From positions 12,297-76,296 of the forward strand of contig JBAYLF010000004.1 of NCBI GenBank assembly GCA_041664205.1: a stretch of 64,000 nt of DNA. Reading direction: 5' to 3'. Both the position numbers and the translations under genes were made by a program. Below, piece by piece: positions 47,599 to 56,685 of this stretch (positions are counted from its first letter, which is position 1; every line of letters begins with the position of its first letter). Below the pieces are notes generated by a model, which was not told the origin of the DNA, searched no databases, and saw only the letters and a list, made by a program, of their open reading frames with translations. Source of the stretch: Minisyncoccota bacterium (lineage in GTDB: Bacteria > Patescibacteriota > Minisyncoccia > Phycocordibacterales > JBAYLF01).

Positions 47599-48699
47599 TT
47601 ATTCTTCTCTTTCTGGCTTTTCTATAACCAAGGCTTCTATTCCGCCAGATTCTCCTGTTATCCTCAAAACATCCTTATCCATCTTCTGGAGCTCCTTGTG
47701 GGCCTTATTGAAGTGATTTACCGTAGTTCCGAGAGCATTGCCTAAAGAAACCATATATTGATCATGAGCTGAAATATGCTTCCCCAGATCCTCAACTCTC
47801 GCGCGAATTTCCTTGGCTGATTCTTCAATCTGCAGTGCCTTTAGACCTTGAAGCACAGTCTGCAAATATGCGAGAAAAGAAGTTGGAGAAACTATTATAA
47901 CTTTGTATTTTCCTGCCGCGCGCTGTATCAAATTTTCTGTATCCTCACCTTTCATCGCTCCAATTTTATTTACCAACAGATCATAATAAATCGCCTCGTG
48001 CGGAATGAACATAAAAGCAAAATCCATCGTGCCTTCGTTCGGACGAATATATTTCGAAGTCTCTTGGATGCGCATTTTCAAATCGTTTACAAAAACTTTC
48101 TCGAGTCGCGCTTTTTCCACTTCGTTTCGCTCCTCTATAATACGGTTATAATTTTCGAGAGAAAATTTAGAATCAACTGGGATTATTTTGTCACGCACAA
48201 AAACAGCGGCGTCTACGATTTCGCCGTCAGCAAACGCATACTGCATTTGAAAGCTTCCTGGAGGTAAAACATTTTTTAGAAGCGTCTCCAAATAATATTC
48301 GCCTAAAATTCCTCGTTGCTTTGGGTTCTTCAAAATATCTTGAAGCGACTGCAATTGATCCGTAAAAGAAACTACTTGCTTGTTTGTCTCATCAAGTCTT
48401 GTTAAGCGCTCGGTAATATCACGAATCACACCTAATGACTGATCCGCCTGATGCCGCATTGATTCCTGCATAACCTTCGTCGACTCGCCCATCTTTGAAT
48501 CTACAACTCGCGAGAGCTCGTTCATCTGCTGAAGCAAAAGTGTCATTCCTCTATCATCTTCTGGCTCCATATCTTCGTCTTCTTTATTTTTTACCCTATT
48601 CAAAACCATCCAAAAGAAAATCCCGTTGGCAAAAACGACTAAAACCAAAATTAAAACTAATACAAAATTATTCATAGGAAAATTATAACTCATTAGCAC
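47599..48699 (-). CDS. rmuC: DNA recombination protein RmuC
   Basis: N-terminal TM helix and coiled coil. RmuC C-terminal region (PVDSKFSLENY..., IIVSPTSFLAYL). Confidence 0.7.
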   Translation of the reverse strand: MLMSYNFPMNNFVLVLILVLVVFANGIFFWMVLNRVKNKEDEDMEPEDDRGMTLLLQQMNELSRVVDSKMGESTKVMQESMRHQADQSLGVIRDITERLTRLDETNKQVVSFTDQLQSLQDILKNPKQRGILGEYYLETLLKNVLPPGSFQMQYAFADGEIVDAAVFVRDKIIPVDSKFSLENYNRIIEERNEVEKARLEKVFVNDLKMRIQETSKYIRPNEGTMDFAFMFIPHEAIYYDLLVNKIGAMKGEDTENLIQRAAGKYKVIIVSPTSFLAYLQTVLQGLKALQIEESAKEIRARVEDLGKHISAHDQYMVSLGNALGTTVNHFNKAHKELQKMDKDVLRITGESGGIEALVIEKPEREE

Positions 48700-48750
48700 T
48701 CACACTCAAAATTTTACAAATTCATTGATCTATATTAACTTATAAAAAGA

Positions 48751-49005
48751 ATGAAAACTAAAGAAGTTATAGGATTAGTTCTTATCATACAATTCATGTT
48801 ATTTTTAATAACATTGTTTTTTAATGGTTTTTATATGATGTATTTCAATATCAACCATATTCCTCTAAACTCTTTGCAACAAAGTATAAAGATCTTAATT
48901 GATAGTTATTTTGATCTATCAATGATCTTTGGACTTATTGGATATTTCTGCTTTAAGAGTTACAGAAGAACTGTTAAATGCAGGTGGTATAGGATGCATA
49001 AATAA
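48751..49005 (+). CDS. small hypothetical membrane protein
   Basis: 84 aa with two TM helices. Confidence 0.4.
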   Translation: MKTKEVIGLVLIIQFMLFLITLFFNGFYMMYFNINHIPLNSLQQSIKILIDSYFDLSMIFGLIGYFCFKSYRRTVKCRWYRMHK

Positions 49006-49024
49006 ACAAGATTAAAAGAGACCC

Positions 49025-49057
49025 TATATTTTAAGGGTCTCTTTTTTATTTGTAATA
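49025..49057 (+). terminator. rho-independent terminator
   Basis: agagaccc-tatattttaa-gggtctcttttttat. Confidence 0.75.
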
Positions 49058-49106
49058 AAAATGTTAAAATTTTAATCTAAGTTATTCACTTTAATTTTTA
49101 AACAAT

Positions 49107-49559
49107 ATGTCATTACATCAACAGATCAAAGATCAAATGAAAGAAGCCATGCTTAACAAAGATGCCGTTCGCCTTTCGGTTATTCGTGCCTTAGTTTCAG
49201 GATTTATGAACGAGCTCGTAGCAAAAGGCAAAAAACCCCAAGAAGAATTAAGCGATGAAGACGCATTGATGATCATTAAAAGACAGACAAAACAGCATAA
49301 AGACTCGATAGATCAATTTAAAAAGGGCGGACGCGAAGATTTAGTCGAATCAGAAGAAGCAGAGCTTAAAGTTCTTGAATCATATCTTCCAGAAATGCTT
49401 GGCGAAGAAGAAATTAAAAAAGTTGTAGAAGCCAAAAAAACCGAGCTTGGCGTTACAGACAAATCAAAACTCGGAATTTTTATGGGAGCAGTCATGAAAG
49501 AGTTCAAAGGCAAAGCCGACGGAGCTTTGGTCAAAAAAATAGTTGAGGAATCTTTTTAA
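49107..49559 (+). CDS. yqeY: GatB/YqeY domain protein
   Basis: Typical YqeY sequence: LKEAMLNKD...RLSVIRAL...LKVLESYLP. Confidence 0.8.
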   Translation: MSLHQQIKDQMKEAMLNKDAVRLSVIRALVSGFMNELVAKGKKPQEELSDEDALMIIKRQTKQHKDSIDQFKKGGREDLVESEEAELKVLESYLPEMLGEEEIKKVVEAKKTELGVTDKSKLGIFMGAVMKEFKGKADGALVKKIVEESF

Positions 49560-49642
49560 ATTTCTAATTGTCATTAGTGAAATAATTTGATAGAATTCTT
49601 TTGGGAATCAGGTCCTTGTAAAAGGATCCTGAGGCTCACACT

Positions 49643-49676
49643 CCGCGCAGCAAAACTGCGCGGGGTACTTTTTTAT
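49643..49676 (+). terminator. rho-independent terminator
   Basis: ccgcgcag-caaaa-ctgcgcgg, then ggtac and TTTTTT. Confidence 0.7.
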
Positions 49677-50188
49677 TTTAATAAAAATCTCAAAGGCTTC
49701 TTTGCCCATTCACCCGCGTAGTCCACACCTACGCGCGGTGTTTTTTTAATTTTATTTTTGAGGACTAAAACTCCCCTATCTTCAAACCAAAGTCCTGCGC
49801 TTTTTTCCACACGCTTTTTATTTAAAGTTTTATCTATCTTTAAAAATTTTGTTATTTTACCAGGCCCATTGTATTTGCCTGCGCCTCTTATCAAAATTGC
49901 CGCAGGATAATCTTTTTTACCTACGACAATATTCAGCATCCAATACATCCCATAGCAAAGATAAACATAAAAATATCCGGCCTCGCCGAACATTATTTCG
50001 TTCCTTTCTGTTCTTCCTTTTGAAGCATGCGAAGCTTTATCATCAAAGCCGTCATAAGCTTCGACCTCGTTTATTTCTAAAGCTATTTCTTCATCGTCAA
50101 TCTTTCGCACCAGATATTTACCCAAAAGTTCCTCGGCGACAATCGTCGCTTTTCTATTAAAAAAATCCTGATTCAAAACTTTTCTCAT
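49673..50188 (-). CDS. mpg: DNA-3-methyladenine glycosylase (Mpg/AAG family)
   Basis: ATIVAEELLGK...EVEAYDG...ASHASKGRT...FYVYLCYGM is characteristic of the AAG family. Confidence 0.8.
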   Translation of the reverse strand: MRKVLNQDFFNRKATIVAEELLGKYLVRKIDDEEIALEINEVEAYDGFDDKASHASKGRTERNEIMFGEAGYFYVYLCYGMYWMLNIVVGKKDYPAAILIRGAGKYNGPGKITKFLKIDKTLNKKRVEKSAGLWFEDRGVLVLKNKIKKTPRVGVDYAGEWAKKPLRFLLK

Positions 50189-50190
50189 CT

Positions 50191-50760
50191 CTAACTTTTA
50201 ACATTTTCTCTTCCCCATCGCAAAGTCTTGCTCATCCACAAAAGTTCCGATATAAAATTATTGTATCTTTTTTCAACAGAAGCCGGATCTTTCAAATTTC
50301 CACTTTCGTCAAAAAGTTCTCCTACTCTGGAAAAATTCAAATCTGCTTCTATTGTCGTAAGTTTTAATTCTCTCAACACAGGAATTAAATTTTCAATAAC
50401 TCGCGTGCCAGACGAAAATCCTCCGCAAGCTACCATTCCAACTGCCTTGTGCTTGTATTCATCAAACATAGAATCCAAAAGCCATTTTAATGGCGCAGGA
50501 TATCCATGATTATATTCTGGCATCACAATTACAATTCCATCAGCTTTGATGATCGCATCTCTGTAATCGGCAAAATTATCTTTAACAGCTGGTCCATAAT
50601 CGTCCGTTGAGAAATTAAAATTCTTAGGATCAATGAGTTTCGTTTCTATCTCTGGATAAGCCGACATTTTTTCATGTAGCCACTTTGCTACATGAGAGCT
50701 TGCGCTGTCCTTGCGCACTGTTCCTAAAATAATCGGGATAAAAAGTTTTTGTTCTGGCAT
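50191..50760 (-). CDS. NAD(P)H-dependent FMN reductase (flavodoxin-like fold)
   Basis: FIPIILGTVRKDSAS and VMPEYNHGYPAPLKWLLD motifs. Confidence 0.75.
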   Translation of the reverse strand: MPEQKLFIPIILGTVRKDSASSHVAKWLHEKMSAYPEIETKLIDPKNFNFSTDDYGPAVKDNFADYRDAIIKADGIVIVMPEYNHGYPAPLKWLLDSMFDEYKHKAVGMVACGGFSSGTRVIENLIPVLRELKLTTIEADLNFSRVGELFDESGNLKDPASVEKRYNNFISELLWMSKTLRWGRENVKS

Positions 50761-50894
50761 AAATTTTTTAAAATAAAAATAATAGTAAATATATTATATC
50801 TTATTCAATTTTAAATAGTCGAGTAAATAATAAGAAATTCTTGTTTGACAAAATATTATTATATGCTACAATCTTATTCAGGAATTGCGAATTT

Positions 50895-51041
50895 ATGAAT
50901 GCACAAAAGAAACGCAAAGAAAAAAGGGAAAGAAAGCGCGAGGACGAAAAAATCGCCTCAATTGAAAACAGATTCGGAGCAAACAGTTTCGTTGCCAAAA
51001 CCTACCGAGACCGGCTCCAAAACAAAAGAAATCGGTGGTAA
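50895..51041 (+). CDS. small basic hypothetical protein (48 aa)
   Basis: Lys/Arg-rich peptide followed by a strong terminator. Start is an internal Met of the track ORF. Confidence 0.35.
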   Translation: MNAQKKRKEKRERKREDEKIASIENRFGANSFVAKTYRDRLQNKRNRW

Positions 51042-51051
51042 GAAAAACGAA

Positions 51052-51096
51052 AACAAAAGCGCCCCGCGAATCGTAAAACGATCGCGGGGCTTTATT
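51052..51096 (+). terminator. rho-independent terminator, copy A of a duplicated 45-nt sequence
   Basis: aacaaaagcgccccgcgaatcgtaaaacgatcgcggggctttatt. Confidence 0.75.
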
Positions 51097-51139
51097 ATAT
51101 TTTACAAAGTTTTTAAATATTATATGATTTGCGAAGAAT

Positions 51140-51409
51140 ATGAATGCGATCGAGTTCCTTAAAGAACGACTTGAGGTCGTTGAAAAATATGAATGCAAGA
51201 TTACTGATTCTCTTTATCTTAGAAAGCGTAGCTTTATAAATACTGTAAATATATTGATTAAATTAATAAATCCTAACGCAACACTAACAAAGGGACAGCA
51301 AGAAATTATTTTTTCTATGGTAGACCCATGGCGTCTTTCCTTAAATGATGATCATTGTGTTGAATTGCTTCTACCGATAGCAACTTATATCAACAGTTGT
51401 CATGAGTAA
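51140..51409 (+). CDS. hypothetical protein (89 aa) bracketed by duplicated terminators
   Basis: ORF with no recognised family. Confidence 0.45.
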   Translation: MNAIEFLKERLEVVEKYECKITDSLYLRKRSFINTVNILIKLINPNATLTKGQQEIIFSMVDPWRLSLNDDHCVELLLPIATYINSCHE

Positions 51410-51420
51410 ATAAAAAGATC

Positions 51421-51465
51421 AACAAAAACGCCCCGCGAATCGTAAAACGATCGCGGGGCTTTATT
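51421..51465. terminator. rho-independent terminator, copy B of the duplicated sequence (bidirectional with the Nudix gene)
   Basis: aacaaaaacgccccgcgaatcgtaaaacgatcgcggggctttatt. 44 of 45 positions identical to copy A. Confidence 0.75.
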
Positions 51466-51467
51466 TT

Positions 51468-51905
51468 TTATTTAATATGATAGAACAAATGAATACATAT
51501 ATCTTCGTCCATAATTAAAGTCATCGAAAGTGCTTCTTGTGGAGTTACCCAAACATATTCCGTATGCTCTCTTGGATCGATAATAATTTTTGGCTTTTGC
51601 TCGAGTTCCAAATGAAACATGTGATAAACGAATTCGTATTCAGGATAACGAACATAAACCACTTTAAAAAAGTTAATTTGAACAGGATCCGCCTCAAAGC
51701 CAGTTTCCTCTTGGAGCTCTCTTATAATAGCGACCCATTCATTTTCTCCTTTTTTAGCTTTTCCACCGGGAGCACACCAAGTGTCATTTCCTGGTCTGAT
51801 GGTCTTCTTGCGATGTAAAAGTAAAATTTCTCCATCAGCTTCCAAAAAACAGCCGACGGATTGAAATACTGGCGAAAACCTTACAGGTTTGGTTAGTGAT
51901 AACAT
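51468..51905 (-). CDS. Nudix hydrolase
   Basis: Nudix box GGKAKKGENEWVAIIRELQEETGF. Confidence 0.85.
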   Translation of the reverse strand: MLSLTKPVRFSPVFQSVGCFLEADGEILLLHRKKTIRPGNDTWCAPGGKAKKGENEWVAIIRELQEETGFEADPVQINFFKVVYVRYPEYEFVYHMFHLELEQKPKIIIDPREHTEYVWVTPQEALSMTLIMDEDICIHLFYHIK

Positions 51906-52005
51906 AATTTATTTTTCTTTCTGAGGCTATTTAAGCACAAAATATGAAAATACGGAAACATCAAAAAGGCTCGGCTTACGCCGAGCCTTAATTTAAAAAT
52001 ACATT

Positions 52006-52272
52006 TTATTTCCCAAGATCTGACATTTGAATAGGACTTTGTATATTAGGAGGAGTCATATCAATTTTTCCGAACTGTTTTTCATAATTCTCTACCTGAC
52101 TATTCATCCACATAGCAATGCTTTTCATAACTTGTGGCGTAGTAGCAAAAGAATCTAAATTATTTCCGGAAGTTAGGACGAAGGTAAAAATTTCTTTGCC
52201 GTATGCACCGATCGCGCCATCGCAAAACTTTTTTGGCAATTGGTTCAGATCTATCTTTGTTGGGTCAATCAT
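52006..52272 (-). CDS. hypothetical protein
   Basis: 88-aa ORF. No family recognised. Confidence 0.4.
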   Translation of the reverse strand: MIDPTKIDLNQLPKKFCDGAIGAYGKEIFTFVLTSGNNLDSFATTPQVMKSIAMWMNSQVENYEKQFGKIDMTPPNIQSPIQMSDLGK

Positions 52273-52367
52273 AAGTTTGTTTAATTAAAATTAATACATT
52301 CGTATTCTATCATGAAATTAAATAAAGCCTTTATTTTTTATAAAAAATGTGGCAAAATGGCACCATT

Positions 52368-52439
52368 GGCCCTATCGTCTAATGGTTAGGACGCCGGCTT
52401 CTCAAGCCGTTAATCCGGGTTCGACTCCCGGTAGGGTCA
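52368..52439 (+). tRNA. tRNA-Glu (anticodon CTC), no encoded CCA
   Basis: Cloverleaf folded by hand. Acceptor GGCCCTA/TAGGGTC. D-arm GTCT-AATGGTTA-GGAC. Anticodon loop TTCTCAA. T-arm CCGGG-TTCGACT-CCCGG. D-arm closely resembles bacterial tRNA-Glu. Confidence 0.8.
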
Positions 52440-52617
52440 CAAAGATTGAGCAAAGCGAAAGCTTTGTGACCCTGAGCGAGCAAACTGCTTTGCTCACGTC
52501 CGGGAGTCGAAAGGCTTTTCGTTATCGAGCCGAGCTTTGCGAGGTGAGATCGAAAAGCATCCGCGACGGTAGTCGAGACTCCCCCCCCCTGTAGTGTCAA
52601 ATTAAAAAAACAAAGTT
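52440..52617 (+). other. GC-rich structured segment directly fused to the tRNA 3' end, ending in a C9 homopolymer (candidate ncRNA or integration scar)
   Basis: Hairpin GGGTCACAAAG...CTTTGTGACCC uses the tRNA 3' end. Further stems GAGCAAA/TTTGCTC and GGGAGTC/GACTCCC. Then a CCCCCCCCC tract. Followed by a terminator at 52636-52663. Confidence 0.45.
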
Positions 52618-52635
52618 TAATACTTAATAAATCAT

Positions 52636-52663
52636 AAAAACCAGGCATTTACCTGGTTTTTTG
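52636..52663 (+). terminator. rho-independent terminator
   Basis: aaccagg-catttac-cctggtttttt. Confidence 0.7.
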
Positions 52664-52876
52664 CTTTCGCATGTTAATAATATTTTTACATACATATTAG
52701 TAAAAATATAATATTCATACAATTTTAAAAATACAAGCCAAGTAAAAATGGTAAATGGTGTAAAAACACCCAGCAAACAAAGCGACACTCAGCAAACAAC
52801 CAACATGAAAACTAGACATTAAAATAGACATCATGAAAAATAAATGTTGTAAGTGGTAAACATCAGTAAATATCAA

Positions 52877-52904
52877 TGGACAGACAACAATCAACTGGTA
52901 TAAT
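52877..52904 (+). promoter_or_regulatory. sigma70-like promoter with extended -10 (TGGACA-N16-TGGTATAAT)
   Basis: Hexamers read from the sequence. The -10 lies 6 nt upstream of the ATG at 52911. Confidence 0.5.
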
Positions 52905-52910
52905 AGAAAT

Positions 52911-53330
52911 ATGACATACGAAAATAAACAATTTGAAGAATTTATCGCACCTACAGGACGTATAACACCTCTTGTTACTTTTGATCCATCAGGTCGCCTT
53001 TACTTATCATCTGCACTTACACAAATACACAAGCTAAACGAAAAAGATTTCCCTGATGTTAAAATTTATTTTAACAAAAGTGACGAAATCATAGCGATAA
53101 AACCTCTTAAAAACAAAGAGAATGGTTCTATTAAGTTAAAATATGGAAAACAAGGTGGTGGATTTATTAACAGTAGAGCATTTGCAATTAAGTATGAAAT
53201 GGTTGATAAAACTGAAAATGGAGATTTTAAATTGAAAGATAAATACAAAGGAAAATACTATATTACAGATGAAGAAATAACTGGTATTGGTAGAGTGTTT
53301 ATTTTAAAGTTAAGAGATAGAAGAAAATAG
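52911..53330 (+). CDS. hypothetical protein (139 aa), orphan gene
   Basis: ORF with its own promoter. No family recognised. Followed 4 nt later by a 26-bp perfect inverted repeat. Confidence 0.5.
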   Translation: MTYENKQFEEFIAPTGRITPLVTFDPSGRLYLSSALTQIHKLNEKDFPDVKIYFNKSDEIIAIKPLKNKENGSIKLKYGKQGGGFINSRAFAIKYEMVDKTENGDFKLKDKYKGKYYITDEEITGIGRVFILKLRDRRK

Positions 53331-53333
53331 AAA

Positions 53334-53435
53334 AAACACCCCGTTATCTGAGCTGTGAGGCAAAAATACATTACTAGGCACCGTTTCCAACGATGATAAG
53401 TGATGAATACTCACAGCTCAGATAACGGGGTGTTT
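53334..53435. repeat. perfect 26-bp inverted repeat with 50-nt loop
   Basis: AAACACCCCGTTATCTGAGCTGTGAG ... CTCACAGCTCAGATAACGGGGTGTTT. On the - strand it is followed by TTTTTTC, so it could terminate the murF operon. Confidence 0.7.
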
Positions 53436-53558
53436 CAACTTATACGCAACATAATAGTATAAACTATCTTAGATGTCAATATTAACTATGAATAAACTCT
53501 AATAATCATTCATAAAAAAATTTAATACATATCAAGCATTTAGCAAAATTTAACCTTC

Positions 53559-54863
53559 CTATTTCTTCCTTTGCCATTCTTTTTCTTGGCGGACTAGGAG
53601 TTTTTCTTTGTCTTCTGGATGTTCCATAACTTCTTCAACTACTCTTTCCATTCTCATTCCTTGCGAGCCTTTTACTAAAACAACATCGCCTGCGCCGAGC
53701 ATCTGTTCCAAAAATTTTCCAGCCTCGCGAGAATTATCAAATTGGTAAATATTTTTTTCATCCATTCCATTATCAAGCGCGCCTTCGGCAATTGATCTTG
53801 CCCTTAAGCCTACTGTAAAAAGAATATTGGCAGAATCAGATGCAAGCATTCCTATCTCTTTATGCGCTTCGGTTGAATACTTCCCTATTTCAAGCATATC
53901 ACCGAACACCGCGATCTTCTTACCAGAAACATTTAGACTTTTCAAAGTTAGCACGGCTTCTTCCATCGCGATCGGCGACGCGTTGTATCCATCGTCTATT
54001 ATCATTGTTTTTTTAATTCCGGAAACAAGCTTCATTCTTCCGTTAGGAGTAATGTGATTATTTAAAACATCATTCATACTTACCGGATTTATTTCTTCAG
54101 AATAGCCGACAGCAAAAGCGGCAGCCAAAGGATAAACTTGTTGAATTCCTAAAACGCCTTTTATATGAGTCGGCAAGCTATTGTTGCCGTAATTCATTTT
54201 GAATGAAATTCCGCTAGGCAAAGTTACGCCTTCATAATTTTCATAATCAACGCCGTAATGCGAAGCGACTATATCGGCACGTCCATCAAAACCATATGTA
54301 AATGTTTTTCTTTTTGTAGCTTCTTTTAGAGCTAAAACATCTTCATCGTCGCAATTTAAAATTAAACTTCCTTTTTGTTTTAGAGCGTGCGCCAAATAAC
54401 TTTTTTCTCTAATAACTTCTTCGCGCGAATTAAAAAATTCAACGTGGACCGGCACTTTTCCAAAACGAGTAATAACAACAATATCCGGATGAAGCCAATT
54501 CGTGACTTTCTTTATATCTCCCGGTCTGTCTGCTCCAACTTCTAGGATCAGCCACTTTGGATATTTTTGCGTAAAAACTATGAGAAATAATCCATGAAAA
54601 ATATTCTCCAGCCAGATAAAAGGATTTCCCCACCCTGTGTCGCATCCCAAAATAGTAAGCGGAATTCCGAGCTCACTGTTAAAACTTTTTTCGCTTTTGC
54701 GGACATGATAGGCGCTCGCAAGAACAGTATAGATCGCATCTTTAGTAGATGTTTTTCCTACACTACCTGTGACCGCAACAATTTTTGGATTGTATTTTCG
54801 AAGCACTAGCTTTGCTTCTTTTTGCAGTATGTATGTGATTGTTTCTTTAAAAAATTTTTTCAT
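53559..54863 (-). CDS. murF: UDP-N-acetylmuramoyl-tripeptide--D-alanyl-D-alanine ligase
   Basis: Mur ligase P-loop VTGSVGKTSTK. DDGYNASP motif. Position in the dcw cluster. Confidence 0.85.
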   Translation of the reverse strand: MKKFFKETITYILQKEAKLVLRKYNPKIVAVTGSVGKTSTKDAIYTVLASAYHVRKSEKSFNSELGIPLTILGCDTGWGNPFIWLENIFHGLFLIVFTQKYPKWLILEVGADRPGDIKKVTNWLHPDIVVITRFGKVPVHVEFFNSREEVIREKSYLAHALKQKGSLILNCDDEDVLALKEATKRKTFTYGFDGRADIVASHYGVDYENYEGVTLPSGISFKMNYGNNSLPTHIKGVLGIQQVYPLAAAFAVGYSEEINPVSMNDVLNNHITPNGRMKLVSGIKKTMIIDDGYNASPIAMEEAVLTLKSLNVSGKKIAVFGDMLEIGKYSTEAHKEIGMLASDSANILFTVGLRARSIAEGALDNGMDEKNIYQFDNSREAGKFLEQMLGAGDVVLVKGSQGMRMERVVEEVMEHPEDKEKLLVRQEKEWQRKK

Positions 54864-54891
54864 TTTGATTTGCTTTTTTAATTACGAATTT

Positions 54892-56589
54892 TTATCTATC
54901 TGGCGGAACTTCATAATAATTTATCAAAAACTTCGTAATATCTATGAACGGTTCTGTAAGAGTGTGTGAAGCAAAACTCACACCTTTTGGTTCTACAGTG
55001 TATAAAAATATAAGATACTTAGCGTTATAAGCAGGAAAATATCCGAAGAACGAGTGAAGATATTTATCTGCATAATACCCCCCTGATTCATTGTTGGCAA
55101 TTTGAGCTGTTCCGGTTTTTGCGGCAATGCTGTAGTTTTGCATTTTGACTGTTCCTCCAAGAAGCGCTTTATCAACAACCTCTACAAGCATTCGAGTTAT
55201 CTCTTCGGAGCTTTCTTTCTTCAAAACTCTTTTACCGTCCTGAATAGCAATATTTTTCGATGTTCCAATTTTGTAATCAATTTTTTTGACCACATGAGGA
55301 TTGATGAGCAAGCCTCCATTAGCAAGCGAGGAGAGCGCCCTGACAGTCTCTATTGGCGTAACCGCAATACCTTGTCCGAAAGCAGCGGTGGCATGTTCTA
55401 CATCTCTAGATGAGTCTAAATTTTTTACCATACCTCGAACTTCGTTCGGAAGATCAATTCCTGTTTCTTCTCCGAGCCCATATGAAAGCAAATATTCACT
55501 AAGAGCTTTATTACCCATTTTCCCCGCAACAAAAGCCATACCAACATTGAGCGACTGGTTTAAAACCTCCTGCATGTCAACCACACCTCTAGCCTTTTTA
55601 TCAAAGTTGTAAATCGTCTTATTATTCAAAGTTATGGAACCTTTATCGTTGTAAGTTGTGTGAGCTGTAACAGCCTTCATATCTAAGGCAGCAGCCATTG
55701 TGAGAGGCTTCATAATAGATCCCATTTCGTAAACGCTTTCGACTAACGGATTAGAAAAAATGCCCGGATCTTTTTCTGCATTGTAGGTGTTCGGATCAAA
55801 TGTCGGATAAACAGACATTGCATAGATCTCACCATTTTGAGGATTTATAACAATCCCCGCAGTGAATTTCGAGTTCCATTTTTCGTTCACCTTTTTTAAT
55901 TCAGAATCAAGAGCTGCTGAGATTGACGGATCGATAGTGGTTATAAGATCGCCTTCTGACCTGTCGTTCGTAAGATTATTTATATTCAAAAATAGATCAG
56001 CAAAAAAATTAGTGTAAACATTTTGATTGTCTCTGGCTAAAAGATCATCGTAATATCTTTCCAATCCATACTGACCGCTTAACACATCTCCCTTCCAGCC
56101 GACGAAACCTAAAACATTGGAGGCTAATTTATTTCCTGGATAAGTTCGCCATCTATCTTCATAAATACTCACTCCTTTTATTTTTAATGCAAAAATTTTC
56201 TGAGCGACATCATCAGGAACTCTGCGAGCTATTTCTTCATACGAATCATCTTTCTTTCCAGCTTGACTAATAAAAGTATTTTTATCAATAGGAGTTATGC
56301 TTGAAATTTTTGTGTATGCATCTTCAACATTTTCAATGAGTTTTGGATTTATTGTTAGAGTAAATCCAGAATTTAAGGTTGCAGCTCTAAAAAGCTCGCC
56401 ATCTTTATTTTGAAAATAGATAGTTCCTCTATCATAAACATTTTGAGTAGAATTTGTATATTGATGATTCGCTTTCAGTCTGAAAGAATCGCCATTTACA
56501 ATTTGAACTAGATAAAGTTTGAATACCAAACAAGATGCAAAAAGAAAAATAAGTCCTATTATAATATATATTCTTATGGTCTTTTGCAT
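54892..56589 (-). CDS. ftsI: penicillin-binding protein (class B transpeptidase, FtsI-like)
   Basis: N-terminal TM helix. SIMKP (SxxK), SLN (SxN) and KTGTAQ (KTG). Position downstream of ftsL. Confidence 0.8.
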   Translation of the reverse strand: MQKTIRIYIIIGLIFLFASCLVFKLYLVQIVNGDSFRLKANHQYTNSTQNVYDRGTIYFQNKDGELFRAATLNSGFTLTINPKLIENVEDAYTKISSITPIDKNTFISQAGKKDDSYEEIARRVPDDVAQKIFALKIKGVSIYEDRWRTYPGNKLASNVLGFVGWKGDVLSGQYGLERYYDDLLARDNQNVYTNFFADLFLNINNLTNDRSEGDLITTIDPSISAALDSELKKVNEKWNSKFTAGIVINPQNGEIYAMSVYPTFDPNTYNAEKDPGIFSNPLVESVYEMGSIMKPLTMAAALDMKAVTAHTTYNDKGSITLNNKTIYNFDKKARGVVDMQEVLNQSLNVGMAFVAGKMGNKALSEYLLSYGLGEETGIDLPNEVRGMVKNLDSSRDVEHATAAFGQGIAVTPIETVRALSSLANGGLLINPHVVKKIDYKIGTSKNIAIQDGKRVLKKESSEEITRMLVEVVDKALLGGTVKMQNYSIAAKTGTAQIANNESGGYYADKYLHSFFGYFPAYNAKYLIFLYTVEPKGVSFASHTLTEPFIDITKFLINYYEVPPDR

Positions 56590-56685
56590 AAAATAATTCG
56601 GTTAGACAAAACAAATTCTGAATGAATATTCAACTTTCTAACAAAAGCCCAGCTTACTTTTAGCGCCAATATATCGATTGTTATT

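Noticed and set aside
52440-52617. Second tRNA, tmRNA, RNase P or SRP RNA in the tRNA extension
   Set aside because: No cloverleaf and no conserved RNase P motif (GGAAAGUCCGG) or SRP motif (GGAAGCAGC) could be found by hand. Left as an unclassified structured segment
52349-52648. ORFs 52349-52594 (+) and 52379-52648 (-)
   Set aside because: Overlap the tRNA-Glu gene and its GC-rich extension. Artefacts of the high-GC, stop-poor RNA region
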